Assembly: GCA_038231455.1 (NCBI GenBank)
Contig: JBBRLI010000001.1
Location: forward strand, 256,001 to 320,000
Direction: 5' to 3'
Origin: Vulcanimicrobiales bacterium
Lineage (GTDB): Bacteria; Vulcanimicrobiota; Vulcanimicrobiia; Vulcanimicrobiales; Vulcanimicrobiaceae
DNA length: 64,000 nt
A model generated the notes under the pieces. It saw only the letters and a program-made list of their open reading frames with translations. It was not told the origin of the DNA and did not search any database. The translations under genes and the position numbers were made by a program. Below, in pieces: positions 26,961 to 37,301 of the stretch (the first letter of the stretch is position 1; every line of letters begins with the position of its first letter).

Positions 26961-27822
26961 GACATCCGCGTTCGCGAATTCGGTCCCCGCTCCCCACACC
27001 GCGTGGCGCGAGCACCGCTTGGTCGTCGCCGGCGTGCGTATCGCCGCGTTCGAATGCGGTCCGCTGAGCGGCCCGACCATCGCCCTGGTTCATGGTCTCG
27101 GCCACTGGACCGACGCTGCCTGGGGACGCCTTGCCCCGCTCCTCGCAGAGCGCTATCGGATCGTCGCCTTCGATTTGCCCGGCTTCGGCGAGAGCGAACG
27201 CCCGGACGCACCGTACGATCTGCCCTTCTTCCGCCGGATCGTCACGGGCGTCCTCGACGCACTCGCGCCGCATCCCATCGCGCTTGTCGGCCATTCACTT
27301 GGCGGGATGATCTGCGCCGATGTCGCGGCGGCGATTCCCGATCGTATCGGCCGGCTCGTCTTGATCGATCCGGCGGGTTTCTTACGCGCACCACGCGTGT
27401 TCGTCAAACTCGTGTCCTTGCCGCTCACCGAACGGCTATTCCAACTTCCACCCTCGCGCAAATTCGTACGCCGATCGCTGGATCAATCGGTCTATGACAT
27501 CGCGGTCAACAGCTCGGCAACGCACGCACGCGCGTACGAACTCGCATGCGACCGACTCGTGCGACGCGCGTTCGGACGCGTGTACTCAGGAGCCATGCAA
27601 GAACTTCTGCGCCTCGATGAACTCCACGCGCAGTTCGGGACGTACAAGAAACCGACACTTATCATTTGGGGAAAAGACGATCACTTCGTTCCGATAAAAG
27701 CACTTACTGAAGTGGAAAAAACCTACCCTCACGCCGTCGTATGCGTCTTCGATCAGACGGGTCACTGCCCGATGTTAGAACGTCCCGCAGCGATCGCTGA
27801 GACGATCGAGGGGTTTCTCTAG
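26959..27822 (+). CDS. Alpha/beta hydrolase; start uncertain
   Basis: LVHGLG, DLPGFGES, GHSLGG, IIWGKDD, GHCPMLE. Confidence 0.9.
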   Translation: MTSAFANSVPAPHTAWREHRLVVAGVRIAAFECGPLSGPTIALVHGLGHWTDAAWGRLAPLLAERYRIVAFDLPGFGESERPDAPYDLPFFRRIVTGVLDALAPHPIALVGHSLGGMICADVAAAIPDRIGRLVLIDPAGFLRAPRVFVKLVSLPLTERLFQLPPSRKFVRRSLDQSVYDIAVNSSATHARAYELACDRLVRRAFGRVYSGAMQELLRLDELHAQFGTYKKPTLIIWGKDDHFVPIKALTEVEKTYPHAVVCVFDQTGHCPMLERPAAIAETIEGFL

Positions 27823-28235
27823 TCCACGCGGGTTTGCAAAAAGATCAGATAGCCGTCTGGATCGGCGAGCTCGATTTGTCGCATGCCGTAGCGCGTTACC
27901 GCCGGCGGTCGGACGTGAACGCCGAGCGCATGCAAATCCGCATATGCGCGGTCGAGATCGTCGCAAAAAATATACAGCCCCACATCTTTGTGGCCACGCC
28001 AGCGACGTTCATCACGCGCTGCGGGCCGTTCGTTCTCATCATAGGCGGTATTGAGCATGAGCTCGATTTCGTTGTTTTCCAGCATCGCCCAGTGAAAGTA
28101 GCGGCCTTCCGCAGCCACGATCTCGGGCGATGAATTGACGAGTTCGAATCCTAAGACCTCACAGTAAAACCGGACGGACTCGGGCATGTCGAACACTTGC
28201 AGTAACGTCGTTAGACCGGACAAATGAAGATTCAT
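27819..28235 (-). CDS. VOC/glyoxalase family protein
   Basis: SVRFYCEVLGF, YGMRQ...DPDGY. Confidence 0.85.
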   Translation of the reverse strand: MNLHLSGLTTLLQVFDMPESVRFYCEVLGFELVNSSPEIVAAEGRYFHWAMLENNEIELMLNTAYDENERPAARDERRWRGHKDVGLYIFCDDLDRAYADLHALGVHVRPPAVTRYGMRQIELADPDGYLIFLQTRVD

Positions 28236-28522
28236 TACCAATCTCCCATGCGTTCTTCGTCCACCTCGCCCTCGAAGGCGACGGTGCCGGGTGCGATGAT
28301 TGCGGCGATGAGCGGGATACCGTTGAGGCGGATATCGCCTCGACCGTGGGCACGTTCCATACTTCGTTCGAAGAGCGCACAGTAGCGCTGGAGCACGTCG
28401 GGCGCGCAGAGCACGCGGCTCGGTTTGATGTGGTAGAGCTGGCGGAAGGCCGCAAAGGCGTCCTCGAATGCCGTCGCATCGAATGCGGGCCCTAAAAGCA
28501 CTTCGCGCCGCACGTGTTCCAA
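28235..28522 (-). CDS. Small hypothetical protein (95 aa)
   Basis: GGAGG 7 nt before TTG 28522; MEHVRREVLLGPAFD...EERMGDW; stop overlaps the VOC ATG. Confidence 0.65.
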   Translation of the reverse strand: MEHVRREVLLGPAFDATAFEDAFAAFRQLYHIKPSRVLCAPDVLQRYCALFERSMERAHGRGDIRLNGIPLIAAIIAPGTVAFEGEVDEERMGDW

Positions 28523-28558
28523 GGTTTGCCTCCGAGACCGAACGAACCGCGCCGGGTC

Positions 28559-29416
28559 ATGCCCGCATCGATCATCGACGGACGCGCGGTCGCAGAAGAA
28601 CTGCGATCCGATCTTCGCACGCGCAGCGCCCAACTCCGCGCGCGCGGCGTGATTCCACGCCTGGTCGTCGCGATCGTCGGCGAGGATGCCTCGAGCCTCG
28701 CGTACGTCAAGAGCCTCGTCAGCGTCGGCGCGAAAGTCGGCATCGATGTCACGATCGACGCACTGCCGCGAGACGCCGCCGAGGCGGCCGTGCGCGCGCA
28801 GCTGCAACGCCTCGGCGCCGATCCGAGCGTCCACGGCATCATCTTGCAGCAGCCGCTACCGGCGCATTTGCTGATCCGCCAAATCGCCGATGCCGTACTG
28901 CCCGAAAAAGACGTTGACGGCACTAACCCCATGAATCAGGGGCGTCTTGCCTTCGGATCGGGCACGCTGTTCGTGCCCGCGACCCCGGCGGCGGTCATGA
29001 TCTTGCTCGAACGCAGCCCGGCGTGGCCGCTGCGCGGTAAGCGCGCGGTGATGGTCGGCCGCTCGAACGTCGTTGGCCTTCCCGTGGCACTTCTGATGAT
29101 GGCGCAAAACGCCACCGTCATCACCACCCATAAAGAGACGATCGATCTTGCGCGCTACACGCGCGATGCCGAAGTGCTCGTCGTTGCAACGGGCGTGCCC
29201 GGTCTCATCACGGGCGACATGATTCGCCCCGGTGCCACCGTGATCGACGTTGGCACGACCGTGATCGGCGGCAAACTCGTCGGCGATGTCGAGTTCACGA
29301 GTGCATCCGCGGTCGCCGGAGCGATCACGCCGGTGCCCGGCGGTGTCGGACCGGTGACCAACGTCGCGCTCATGCGCAACGTCATCGACGCGGCCGAACG
29401 ACTTAATTCAAACTGA
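28559..29416 (+). CDS. folD: Methylenetetrahydrofolate dehydrogenase/cyclohydrolase
   Basis: IIDGRAVA, HGIILQQPLP, PEKDVDG, VGRSNVVGLP, TPVPGGVGPVT. Confidence 0.95.
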   Translation: MPASIIDGRAVAEELRSDLRTRSAQLRARGVIPRLVVAIVGEDASSLAYVKSLVSVGAKVGIDVTIDALPRDAAEAAVRAQLQRLGADPSVHGIILQQPLPAHLLIRQIADAVLPEKDVDGTNPMNQGRLAFGSGTLFVPATPAAVMILLERSPAWPLRGKRAVMVGRSNVVGLPVALLMMAQNATVITTHKETIDLARYTRDAEVLVVATGVPGLITGDMIRPGATVIDVGTTVIGGKLVGDVEFTSASAVAGAITPVPGGVGPVTNVALMRNVIDAAERLNSN

Positions 29417-30119
29417 AATGTTTGCCGAAGAACTTCTCTTGATGCGAGCGGAACGCGCCGCCCGGTGCATCTTCGCGTTCGACCTGCGCCGGTTCGGCGG
29501 CCTTACGTTCGAGCAGCGAGCGCAATTGCGGTAAGAGCCGACGCAGAAAGCCGAGTTCGACTTTGAGCCGCTGATGTGTGTCCGAGGTTTCGAGCAGCTT
29601 CTGTTTCATCGAATCGGCGACTTGTAGGGCATCGCCAATGAGGTACGATGCATCGACCGGATCGCTCGGCAGATCGATCTCTGCCGTCGTGCCGCTGAAT
29701 TCGACCAGCAGACGTAAATATTCACGAAACTCATCGCGCACTTCGCTCGAGAGCTCTTCGACGGCGTCGATGTCGGCGATCTCTTCTTCGAGATACTCAA
29801 CGTTGCACATCAAAAACGGCTCGCGGCTGATCACATCGAGGATGCGAAAGCGACGTCGTCCGGTGGTGGAAATATAATAGCGTCCGGCCGGCAGCGGCGT
29901 TACGTCGGCGATCTCCGCCGTCGTGCCGATATCGTACGGCATCACCTCGAGGTCGCCCGCTTCATCGCCGTCGCGAATGAGGACGACTCCGAATGCCTCG
30001 CCTGTGTCGAGACATTCGGAGATCATCTGTCGATAGCGCGGTTCGAAGACGTGCAGGTTGAGAATGACTCCCGGAAACAGCACGGTGTTCAACGGGAACA
30101 AACGCAGCCTCTTCGCCAC
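29403..30119 (-). CDS. Stand-alone LON substrate-binding domain protein
   Basis: LFPLNTVLFPG..LNLHVFEPRYRQM, GRRRFRI. Confidence 0.9.
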   Translation of the reverse strand: MAKRLRLFPLNTVLFPGVILNLHVFEPRYRQMISECLDTGEAFGVVLIRDGDEAGDLEVMPYDIGTTAEIADVTPLPAGRYYISTTGRRRFRILDVISREPFLMCNVEYLEEEIADIDAVEELSSEVRDEFREYLRLLVEFSGTTAEIDLPSDPVDASYLIGDALQVADSMKQKLLETSDTHQRLKVELGFLRRLLPQLRSLLERKAAEPAQVEREDAPGGAFRSHQEKFFGKHFSLN

Positions 30120-30124
30120 GGAGA

Positions 30125-30733
30125 TTAGTGGCTGCCCAGCCGTGATTCGACGACCGCCCAATCGATGTTCGCGAAGAACGACTCGATGTATTTGGGACGT
30201 TCGGCGGGCTTGTAATCGAGCAAGAAGGCGTGCTCCCACGCATCCATCACAAGGATCGGCTTGAATCCGGCAACGTTGCCTTCTTCGTGGAGCGTGACCC
30301 AGTGGTTGGTGATACGGCCGGACTTGGGATCTTGGAACGCGATTGCCCAGCCCACGCCGCGCATGCCGCCCACGGCCATGAAGTCTTTCTTCCAGGTCTC
30401 AAAGTCGCCATACGTGGCAGCGAGAGCAGCCTGCAATTTCGAACTCGGCGCGCCGCCCGCGGTCGATGTCATGTTGTCGAAATAATATTCGTGCAACGCC
30501 ATGCCGTTGTATTCAAAGCCAAGACGCCGCGTGAGCTCCGCAAAGTGCGGGTTCGCACCGGCAGCAGTGCCGGCTGAAAGTTGTTCTGCCAACTGCTCGT
30601 TGAGCAGGTTGGTGTTCTTCACGTAGCCTTCGTACAGTCCGAAGTGCACCTGGAGCGTGTTGTCCGAGATGCCCTGGAGCCCGGCGAGGGTCCATTTTTT
30701 GGGGGTGTACGTTTGTTGCGCGAGAGTTGCCAC
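30125..30733 (-). CDS. Fe/Mn superoxide dismutase family protein
   Basis: HFGLYEGYV, LHEYYF, MDAWEHAF metal ligands; AGGAGG RBS before GTG. Confidence 0.9.
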   Translation of the reverse strand: MATLAQQTYTPKKWTLAGLQGISDNTLQVHFGLYEGYVKNTNLLNEQLAEQLSAGTAAGANPHFAELTRRLGFEYNGMALHEYYFDNMTSTAGGAPSSKLQAALAATYGDFETWKKDFMAVGGMRGVGWAIAFQDPKSGRITNHWVTLHEEGNVAGFKPILVMDAWEHAFLLDYKPAERPKYIESFFANIDWAVVESRLGSH

Positions 30734-30884
30734 GAGGGTGCCTCCTAGGATGTGTTCTCCCAGCCGCCGCTGAGCGAACACGAAAAAACGGGTCAAAAGA
30801 GATGGACTCTATGCGTTCGACGACGCAGACCTGAACCCCGTGGCGGCAGGTTCCCTTAAGGTTTGACAAGCAAACCTCAGGACC

Positions 30885-31511
30885 GTGCGCGATCTAAGTT
30901 ATCTTACGCGTCTCCATCGCGAGCCCGCGCCACTCCTACTCGAACTCGAACAACAGGGAACCTACGATGGGATCCCGATCGTCGACCGAGCAGCGGGCCG
31001 AATGCTCTCGACGCTCGTCCACGCGATGCAGGCCAATCGCATCGTCGAAATCGGCACGGCATACGGCTATTCCACGCTGTGGATGGCCCTCGCGCTCCCG
31101 CCGGCCGGCCACATCTGGACGATCGATCCGGATATGGAGCGCACGACGATCGCTCAAAGCTATTTGCAGCGAGCGGGACGCGCGCATCAAGTCGATATTC
31201 TCAATCAGCCGGCGCTCGAAGTTTTACCGACGCTCCCGCAGCGTAACGTCGATATCATTTTCATCGATGCGATCAAAACGGAGTATGAAGCGTATCTCGA
31301 ACTTTGCATACCGCTGCTGAAACTCTCCGGCCTCGTCATCATCGACAACCTGCTCTGGTCGGGCGAATCATCGGCGGAACCGGCGCACGGCGATAGCGAC
31401 GATACGCGCGCGATCCGCGAATTCAATCGCGTCTTTCTGCAGCATCCGCAACTCGATGCAACGATCGTGCCGATCGGCGATGGATTGGGGATCGGTGCCC
31501 GCATCAACTGA
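30885..31511 (+). CDS. O-methyltransferase (Methyltransf_3)
   Basis: VEIGTAYGYSTLW, IFIDAIK, DNLLW, IGDGL. Confidence 0.9.
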   Translation: MRDLSYLTRLHREPAPLLLELEQQGTYDGIPIVDRAAGRMLSTLVHAMQANRIVEIGTAYGYSTLWMALALPPAGHIWTIDPDMERTTIAQSYLQRAGRAHQVDILNQPALEVLPTLPQRNVDIIFIDAIKTEYEAYLELCIPLLKLSGLVIIDNLLWSGESSAEPAHGDSDDTRAIREFNRVFLQHPQLDATIVPIGDGLGIGARIN

Positions 31512-31977
31512 AGCGTTCAAATCCGCGATGCGTCACGTGCCGACGGGCGTTACCGTCATCACGACCATGCACGACGGAGAGGACGCGGGTTTCACGGCAA
31601 ACGCCTTTGCAAGCGTCTCGGCCGACCCGCCGATGCTGCTCATCTGCGTTAATCGCAGCGCAAGTTCGCACGGCTTGATCTCCGCCTCCGGCGTCTTTTG
31701 CGTGAATTTGCTCGCGCGCGAGCAACAGGCGATTGCGGAAAAATTCGCCGGTGGGGAGCCCAAAGAGCGCTTCGCCGGTGTCGAGATCGAGCGCGGTCCG
31801 CTGGGGACGGCGATCATCGCGGGATCGCTCGCCCATTTTGAGTGTCGCCTCGCAGAAGAACACACGGCGGGCACGCATACCATCTTCATTGGCGAAGTCG
31901 TGTCGTGCGATTCGCGCCCCGGCGAACCGCTCGGCTACTACGATCGCCGGTACCGCAACTTCGGTCTCTCGGCGTGA
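31495..31977 (+). CDS. Flavin reductase family protein
   Basis: FKSAMRHVPTGVTVIT, SVSADPP, AGTHTIFIGEV. Confidence 0.9.
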   Translation: MPASTEAFKSAMRHVPTGVTVITTMHDGEDAGFTANAFASVSADPPMLLICVNRSASSHGLISASGVFCVNLLAREQQAIAEKFAGGEPKERFAGVEIERGPLGTAIIAGSLAHFECRLAEEHTAGTHTIFIGEVVSCDSRPGEPLGYYDRRYRNFGLSA

Positions 31978-32612
31978 TCGTCGAGCACTTCCCGGTCGGG
32001 GAACTGGCCTGCACGTGCACGATTCTGGGCGATCCGGAATCGGGCGAGGCGATCGTGGTCGACGGCGGCGATGATGTCGACCACATCCTCGAACGTCTGA
32101 ACGCAAACGGCTTACGCGCAAGTTACCTCGTGCACTCGCACGCCCACTTCGATCATATTGGTGCACTAGCGGATCTGCGCGACCGCACGGGCGCACGCGG
32201 TCTGCTCCATCCGGGCGATCTGCCGCTCTACCGCGCGCTCGCGCGGCAGTACGAAGCATTCGGCATGGGCGAAGCCCCGCGCGTCGTCGACATCGATGCC
32301 GATCTCGTCGAGGGCGAACGCATCACGGCGGGCGCGATCGAACTGACCGTGCACCATACGCCGGGTCACACGCCGGGGAGTTCGTGTTTCGTCTACGAAC
32401 ACGCGGGCGCGACGACGATCCTTAGCGGCGACACGCTCTTTCGCGGGGCGATCGGACGCTGGGACATCGGCGGCACCTCGATGGAAGACATCGTCGCGTC
32501 GATCCGCGAGAAGCTACTGCCGTACGCCGATGCAACAAGCGTGATCCCGGGACACGGTCCGGCGACGACCATCGGTCGCGAACGCACGACCAATCCGTAT
32601 CTGCTCGGGTGA
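31974..32612 (+). CDS. MBL-fold hydrolase (glyoxalase II-like)
   Basis: SHAHFDHIG, TPGHTPG, SGDTLF, PGHGP. Confidence 0.9.
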   Translation: MIVEHFPVGELACTCTILGDPESGEAIVVDGGDDVDHILERLNANGLRASYLVHSHAHFDHIGALADLRDRTGARGLLHPGDLPLYRALARQYEAFGMGEAPRVVDIDADLVEGERITAGAIELTVHHTPGHTPGSSCFVYEHAGATTILSGDTLFRGAIGRWDIGGTSMEDIVASIREKLLPYADATSVIPGHGPATTIGRERTTNPYLLG

Positions 32613-33118
32613 AAACGATGCCGATTCGCCACGCAAAAGAAGACGATCTGCGCGCGATCGTCGCGATCTATAATGAGGCAATTCCGACGCGCATGGCGAC
32701 GGCGGATACGGAGATCGTCACCCCGGAGCAGCGCCGAGCATGGTTCTTCGACCACGACTCAACGCGTCGGCCGCTCATCGTGCACGAAACGGACGGTGCA
32801 ATCGACGGCTGGCTCAGTTTGACCGATTTCTATGGTCGAGCCGCATATGCTCGAACGGCCGAAGTAAGCGTCTACGTCGCCGCAAGCGCCCGCCGCCGCG
32901 GCGTCGCGCGCGTTCTGTTACTACACGCAATCGACCACGCGCCGGCGCTCGGCATCGACTCGTTCGTCGGCTTCATCTTCGCACACAACGGTCCGAGTAT
33001 TACGCTCTTCACCTCGTGCGGCTTCGTGCGCTGGGGAACGCTTCCGCGCGTTGCGATCATCGACGGTAACCATCGCGACTTGAGCATTTTCGGCCGCGAT
33101 ACGCGCGCGCTACGCTAA
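32609..33118 (+). CDS. GNAT N-acetyltransferase (phosphinothricin/methionine sulfoximine type)
   Basis: IVAIYNEAI...TAD, AY..TAEVSVYV, RRRGV, IFAHN.PS. Confidence 0.85.
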   Translation: MKTMPIRHAKEDDLRAIVAIYNEAIPTRMATADTEIVTPEQRRAWFFDHDSTRRPLIVHETDGAIDGWLSLTDFYGRAAYARTAEVSVYVAASARRRGVARVLLLHAIDHAPALGIDSFVGFIFAHNGPSITLFTSCGFVRWGTLPRVAIIDGNHRDLSIFGRDTRALR

Positions 33119-33140
33119 GGACGGCGGCGTCTAAGGGATC

Positions 33141-33746
33141 ATGCACGATCCACGCTTCTTCGCCCGCGTCGACGAGAGCCCCGACGAACGCTTTTACGAA
33201 CCGGCGCGGCTCGTCGAGCATATCGATTCCGGCGCAATCGAAACGGTCACCGAACTCTATCGCGAACATCTGCCTGCGGATTCCGACATCTTAGATTTGA
33301 TGAGCAGCTGGGTCAGCCACTTGCCAAGCGATGTGGCGTATCGGTCCGTTGTTGGCCTGGGGATGAACGCCGAAGAGCTCCGTTCAAACCCGCGTCTCAC
33401 GCGCCACGTCGTTCAGAATCTCAACGAGCAACCGCAACTCCCGTTCGGAGATGCCGCATTCGACGCGGCGCTCATCTGTGTCTCGATTCAGTATCTGACC
33501 CAGCCCGTGCGCGTGTTTCGGGAACTGGCACGCGTCGCGCGACCGGGCGCAAAACTGATCGTTACGTTTTCGAATCGCTGTTTCCCAACAAAAGCGGTTG
33601 CCGTCTGGACGGCGACGAGCGATCGCGAGCATCTGCGCCTCGTGGCGGAGTACGTTCGCGATGCCGGCGGTTGGGACGAACCTCTTACCGCAGCGCGGCT
33701 CGGACGCGGCGACCCGCTCTTTTCGGTCGTCGCATCGCGGCAGTAA
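33141..33746 (+). CDS. Class I SAM-dependent methyltransferase
   Basis: DE.FY..ARLVEHID, LDLMSSWVSHLP, FSNRCFPTKA. Confidence 0.9.
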   Translation: MHDPRFFARVDESPDERFYEPARLVEHIDSGAIETVTELYREHLPADSDILDLMSSWVSHLPSDVAYRSVVGLGMNAEELRSNPRLTRHVVQNLNEQPQLPFGDAAFDAALICVSIQYLTQPVRVFRELARVARPGAKLIVTFSNRCFPTKAVAVWTATSDREHLRLVAEYVRDAGGWDEPLTAARLGRGDPLFSVVASRQ

Positions 33747-33804
33747 ACCGCTTGGCGTTTGCGCTGTGAAAGGGCGAACGCAAGAGGCTCTCGTACCGCA
33801 CCGC

Positions 33805-34224
33805 ATGCAAGCTCTCGATCTAAGTATCGCTCCACCCCGAGCGCCGCGCGCCGAACTGAGCGGAATCGTCTTTCTCCCGCGCTCCATCGATAAAGCGCGG
33901 GCCTCGCTCCCGGGCGGCAATCTTGGCGAGTACACGATGAAGGGCTTCACCGCGACGATGCTCGAGATGTTCGGGATCACGGCCGAGGACTTTATCGTTC
34001 GCGTCCATGCGGCAACGACCGACGAGGAGATCGCGGCATTCGTGCGCGCGACCGCAAGCGCCGAACAAATCGCCGCGTGGCAGGCGCTCGTTGGGAAGCG
34101 TCTGCCGCGAAACGGCGACCGCGCTGCGGCGATCGAACATTATCCGTGGCTTGCGAATCGTCCCGATCTGATCCTCACCCTCGATGTTCTCGAAGAGGAC
34201 GATCGCCAAATGTTCGCGCGCTAG
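33805..34224 (+). CDS. DUF5069-like protein
   Basis: DLS..PPRAPRAEL.G...LPRSIDKARA.L.G..LGEY. Confidence 0.7.
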   Translation: MQALDLSIAPPRAPRAELSGIVFLPRSIDKARASLPGGNLGEYTMKGFTATMLEMFGITAEDFIVRVHAATTDEEIAAFVRATASAEQIAAWQALVGKRLPRNGDRAAAIEHYPWLANRPDLILTLDVLEEDDRQMFAR

Positions 34225-35975
34225 AGAATCTTCCCGTCATCGTCGTCGCCCAGTAAAAACGGACGAAGGAGCGGCACGGGCGGGTTGCCGTGCGCGAGTA
34301 ATGCTTGGTGAAAGCCCGCAAGCGTGAACGACGTGCCCATCTTCTTCTTATAGTCCGCGCGTAACTTGAGGATCTCGAGTTTGCCGAGCGTGTAGTACCC
34401 GTAGAGCGGGTCGCCCGTTCCACGTCGCGCTTCGATGCGCGAACTCGCCGGATCGACAAACGCTTGTTTTTGGAAGAAGTCCATGGCCGCTGGAACCGTC
34501 ATGCCTTGCGTGTGCATCTTCACGCCGACGACGTACCGTGCATTGCGCAGGATCGCTTCGCGCAATTGCATCAGACGCACGCGCGGATCGCCATCGCCCC
34601 AACCTTCATCGACGATCATCTGCTCGCAATAGTGCGCCCAGCCTTCGACGAACGAGTTTGCAGCGAGCAATTTTCCCGTGAGCGAGAGCTTTAAATGTTT
34701 GTCGATGATGTAGTTGGTGTAGTGGCCGGGGTAGACTTCGTGCGCGCTCACGATCGGACGCTCGAAATCGTTGAACGTCTCAAGATAGCTCTGCTGAACT
34801 TTAGGCGGGTCCTTGGGATCGACCGGCGTCACGTTATAGTACGCTTGCGTCGCGACGCTCTCGAGCGGCCCCGGAGCATCCATCGATGCAATCGATGTCT
34901 GACGCTCGAACTCGGGCGTGAGCGTGACTTTGATGTCGGCATCGGCTGGGAACTCGATGATGTGCTTGCGCTCTTCGAACGCGCGCAGCTTCACAAGATC
35001 GGCCTGCGAGGCTGGAATGAGGCCGGCGGCCGTCGGATGGATGCGTGCGACTTCATCGATCACGGCCTGAACGGACTTATTCGGATCGATTTGCTTGGCG
35101 ACCGCGACCATCTGGGCACGCGTCTGAGCGAGCGCGACGACACCGACACGCAAGTACGCATCGAGCGGCATGTCGATCGCTTCTTCATACTTCAGCCGCG
35201 CGGTATAGTTGGCTGCTCCGATCGCAAAATTCCCAACCGGATGCGTGACGAAGCCCGTTTTGAGCCAGCGAGCGAAATCGCGCGTTGCGTCGACCGCTGC
35301 TTGCGTCGAGGCGACGAACTCCGCTCGGAGCGTCTCATCGCCCGCCGTCGGGAACGCTTCGGGGACGGTCGCCTTGAGAAACGAGACCGCACCCATCGCG
35401 TCATCGTACGCGATTTGCGCGTTGTACTTGTCGACGGCCCTCAGGTTGACGCGTGCTTGCGCGAACATCGCGGGAATCTGTTTCTCGCGCGCGACGATCT
35501 TCGCTAGGCGAATTGCATCGGGCGCAAACTTACGGCTGAGGATCGAGAACACACCGCCCGTTGCAATATTCACGTAGTCATCGGCGTTATGGCGCCAGCG
35601 CTTCATCGCGTTGTTCTGCAGCAAATCATCTTGAATGGCGTTGATCACCATCATCCAGTCCAACCGAACCGAAGGCGAAAACGCCTGAGAATCGAGCTTC
35701 GTGAAACGCTCGAGGTAGTCGCGATCGAGGTCGATGCGCACCGCAAAATCGACCGCCGAATACGAGCCGAGCCGCGCATCGAACTGATGCAGTCCCGCGT
35801 TCGTTGCCGTCACCGGAGCCGCCGCAAAACCGGCGTCATAGTACGCCTTGGCTAGGACTGCGAACGCCGCATCGCCTTCGCCCGACGGCTCGACCGATCG
35901 AGCGGGGGTACCGGTGAGGGACAGGGCAACAAGAACTGCCGCCGCGACGAAACGGCGAAGGCGTGCGTTCATCAT
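34221..35975 (-). CDS. DUF885 family secreted protein (putative metallopeptidase)
   Basis: HEVYPGHY, FVEGWAHYCE, YYTLGKLEI..LR. Confidence 0.9.
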   Translation of the reverse strand: MMNARLRRFVAAAVLVALSLTGTPARSVEPSGEGDAAFAVLAKAYYDAGFAAAPVTATNAGLHQFDARLGSYSAVDFAVRIDLDRDYLERFTKLDSQAFSPSVRLDWMMVINAIQDDLLQNNAMKRWRHNADDYVNIATGGVFSILSRKFAPDAIRLAKIVAREKQIPAMFAQARVNLRAVDKYNAQIAYDDAMGAVSFLKATVPEAFPTAGDETLRAEFVASTQAAVDATRDFARWLKTGFVTHPVGNFAIGAANYTARLKYEEAIDMPLDAYLRVGVVALAQTRAQMVAVAKQIDPNKSVQAVIDEVARIHPTAAGLIPASQADLVKLRAFEERKHIIEFPADADIKVTLTPEFERQTSIASMDAPGPLESVATQAYYNVTPVDPKDPPKVQQSYLETFNDFERPIVSAHEVYPGHYTNYIIDKHLKLSLTGKLLAANSFVEGWAHYCEQMIVDEGWGDGDPRVRLMQLREAILRNARYVVGVKMHTQGMTVPAAMDFFQKQAFVDPASSRIEARRGTGDPLYGYYTLGKLEILKLRADYKKKMGTSFTLAGFHQALLAHGNPPVPLLRPFLLGDDDDGKIL

Positions 35976-36066
35976 ACGCGCGGACGTTCTTTGCAGCGTG
36001 CAACCGAAGCCTGCCCGCTTGGCGTCTGACCATCCGTCCACCTGACCGCCCTCTGGAGATACCACT

Positions 36067-36651
36067 TTGCGTCGTTTTGCTGTCCTGACCGCCCTTGCCG
36101 TCACGCTCGCCTGCGCGCCGGCACTTGCCGAAACGTACGTCGGCGACACCGTCCACACGACCGCTGAGTTCAGCGTCACGCATTTCGGACTCTCGCGCGT
36201 CAAAGGCCTCATTCCGGTCAAATCTGCGACCGTCGTGACCGCCGCCGGCAAAGACATTCCAAGCTCGGTCGAGGCGACGCTCGATACGACGGGTTTCGAT
36301 ACGCGCAACGACCGTCGCGATAGCGAACTCAAAGGCGACAAGTGGCTCGACGCTGCGAAGTATCCGACGATCGACTTCAAGAGTACCTCGGTCACGCCAG
36401 CAGCAGACGGCACGTTCAACATCAACGGCAACTTGACGATTCATGGGACGACCAAACCCGTCGTGCTGTCCGGCCATCTCGAAGGCAAAGGCAAAGACGC
36501 CCGTGGGAACGATCGCGTCGCGTACACCGCGGCAGTCAAGTTCGACCGCCGCGACTTCGGCATCGCAAATCAGGCCGGCACGGCGGCCGCGCTCGTCGTG
36601 GGCAACGAAATCACGATTAGCATCGAATTCGAAGGCGCCGCGAAGCCGTAG
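36067..36651 (+). CDS. YceI family protein
   Basis: HTTAEFSVTH.G.SRVKG, DTRNDRRD, GNLTIHGTTKPV, DRRDFGI. Confidence 0.9.
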   Translation: MRRFAVLTALAVTLACAPALAETYVGDTVHTTAEFSVTHFGLSRVKGLIPVKSATVVTAAGKDIPSSVEATLDTTGFDTRNDRRDSELKGDKWLDAAKYPTIDFKSTSVTPAADGTFNINGNLTIHGTTKPVVLSGHLEGKGKDARGNDRVAYTAAVKFDRRDFGIANQAGTAAALVVGNEITISIEFEGAAKP

Positions 36652-36698
36652 TCGCGCAAGGTCGCACGAGATGCGATCGGGCAATCTCGCAACGAAAG

Positions 36699-36731
36699 AA
36701 AAGAGGCACCGCGTAAGCGTTGCCTCTTTTT
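36699..36731. terminator. Bidirectional intrinsic terminator
   Basis: AAAAGAGGCA...TGCCTCTTTTT between convergent genes. Confidence 0.75.
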
Positions 36732-36749
36732 GATTCGCGATCATCGCGC

Positions 36750-37280
36750 TTAGTGGAGCTTGATTGTGACCATGCCGCCGGATTCGACGACTTTGGGACC
36801 GGCGGCTTCGTCTTGCGATGTCTTGCCGTTGCCGGGCTGATCGGAGAGTGCTGCGGCGGCGGCGACCGTTGCGCGCGCTTCATCGAGCATCGCGTCGGTA
36901 ATTTTGCCGGCGGCGCGCTTCGAGCGGTAGTCTTCGATCGCGGCGTTGAGCGCGAGGCGCGAACGTTCCGGATAGTCTTTCTTCTTTTCGGGATAGCCGC
37001 CGAGCGCAGCTTCGATATCCGCGTCGGTGATTGCGAGCGCTTGGTCGATCGTTTTGCCTTTGGCAAGCTCCACGAGCAAACTGCACGTTGCCGTGCCAAA
37101 CCCGCAGCCGGTCGTGAAGTACGAGATGTCCTCGATCACATCGCCCGGGCCGACGCGCAGAAAGTACGAGTACATGTCACCGCATGAGTCGCTGAAATAC
37201 TCGCCCGTCGCCATCGGGGCGTCCATGGTGCGGAACCCGGTCCGCTGTTCGACGAGCATTTGAAATTTGGCAAAATCCAC
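36750..37280 (-). CDS. Atypical IscU/NifU-N-like scaffold protein
   Basis: SCGD, GCG, KGKTIDQAL, AIEDY align with IscU, but LPPVKxHC is replaced by YPEKKKDY. Confidence 0.8.
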   Translation of the reverse strand: MDFAKFQMLVEQRTGFRTMDAPMATGEYFSDSCGDMYSYFLRVGPGDVIEDISYFTTGCGFGTATCSLLVELAKGKTIDQALAITDADIEAALGGYPEKKKDYPERSRLALNAAIEDYRSKRAAGKITDAMLDEARATVAAAAALSDQPGNGKTSQDEAAGPKVVESGGMVTIKLH

Positions 37281-37301
37281 GAGGCGGTGTACTCCTAAAG
37301 A

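Noticed and set aside
34221-36431. 736-aa version of DUF885
   Set aside because: The extension is antisense to yceI; the signal peptide starts at about 35975
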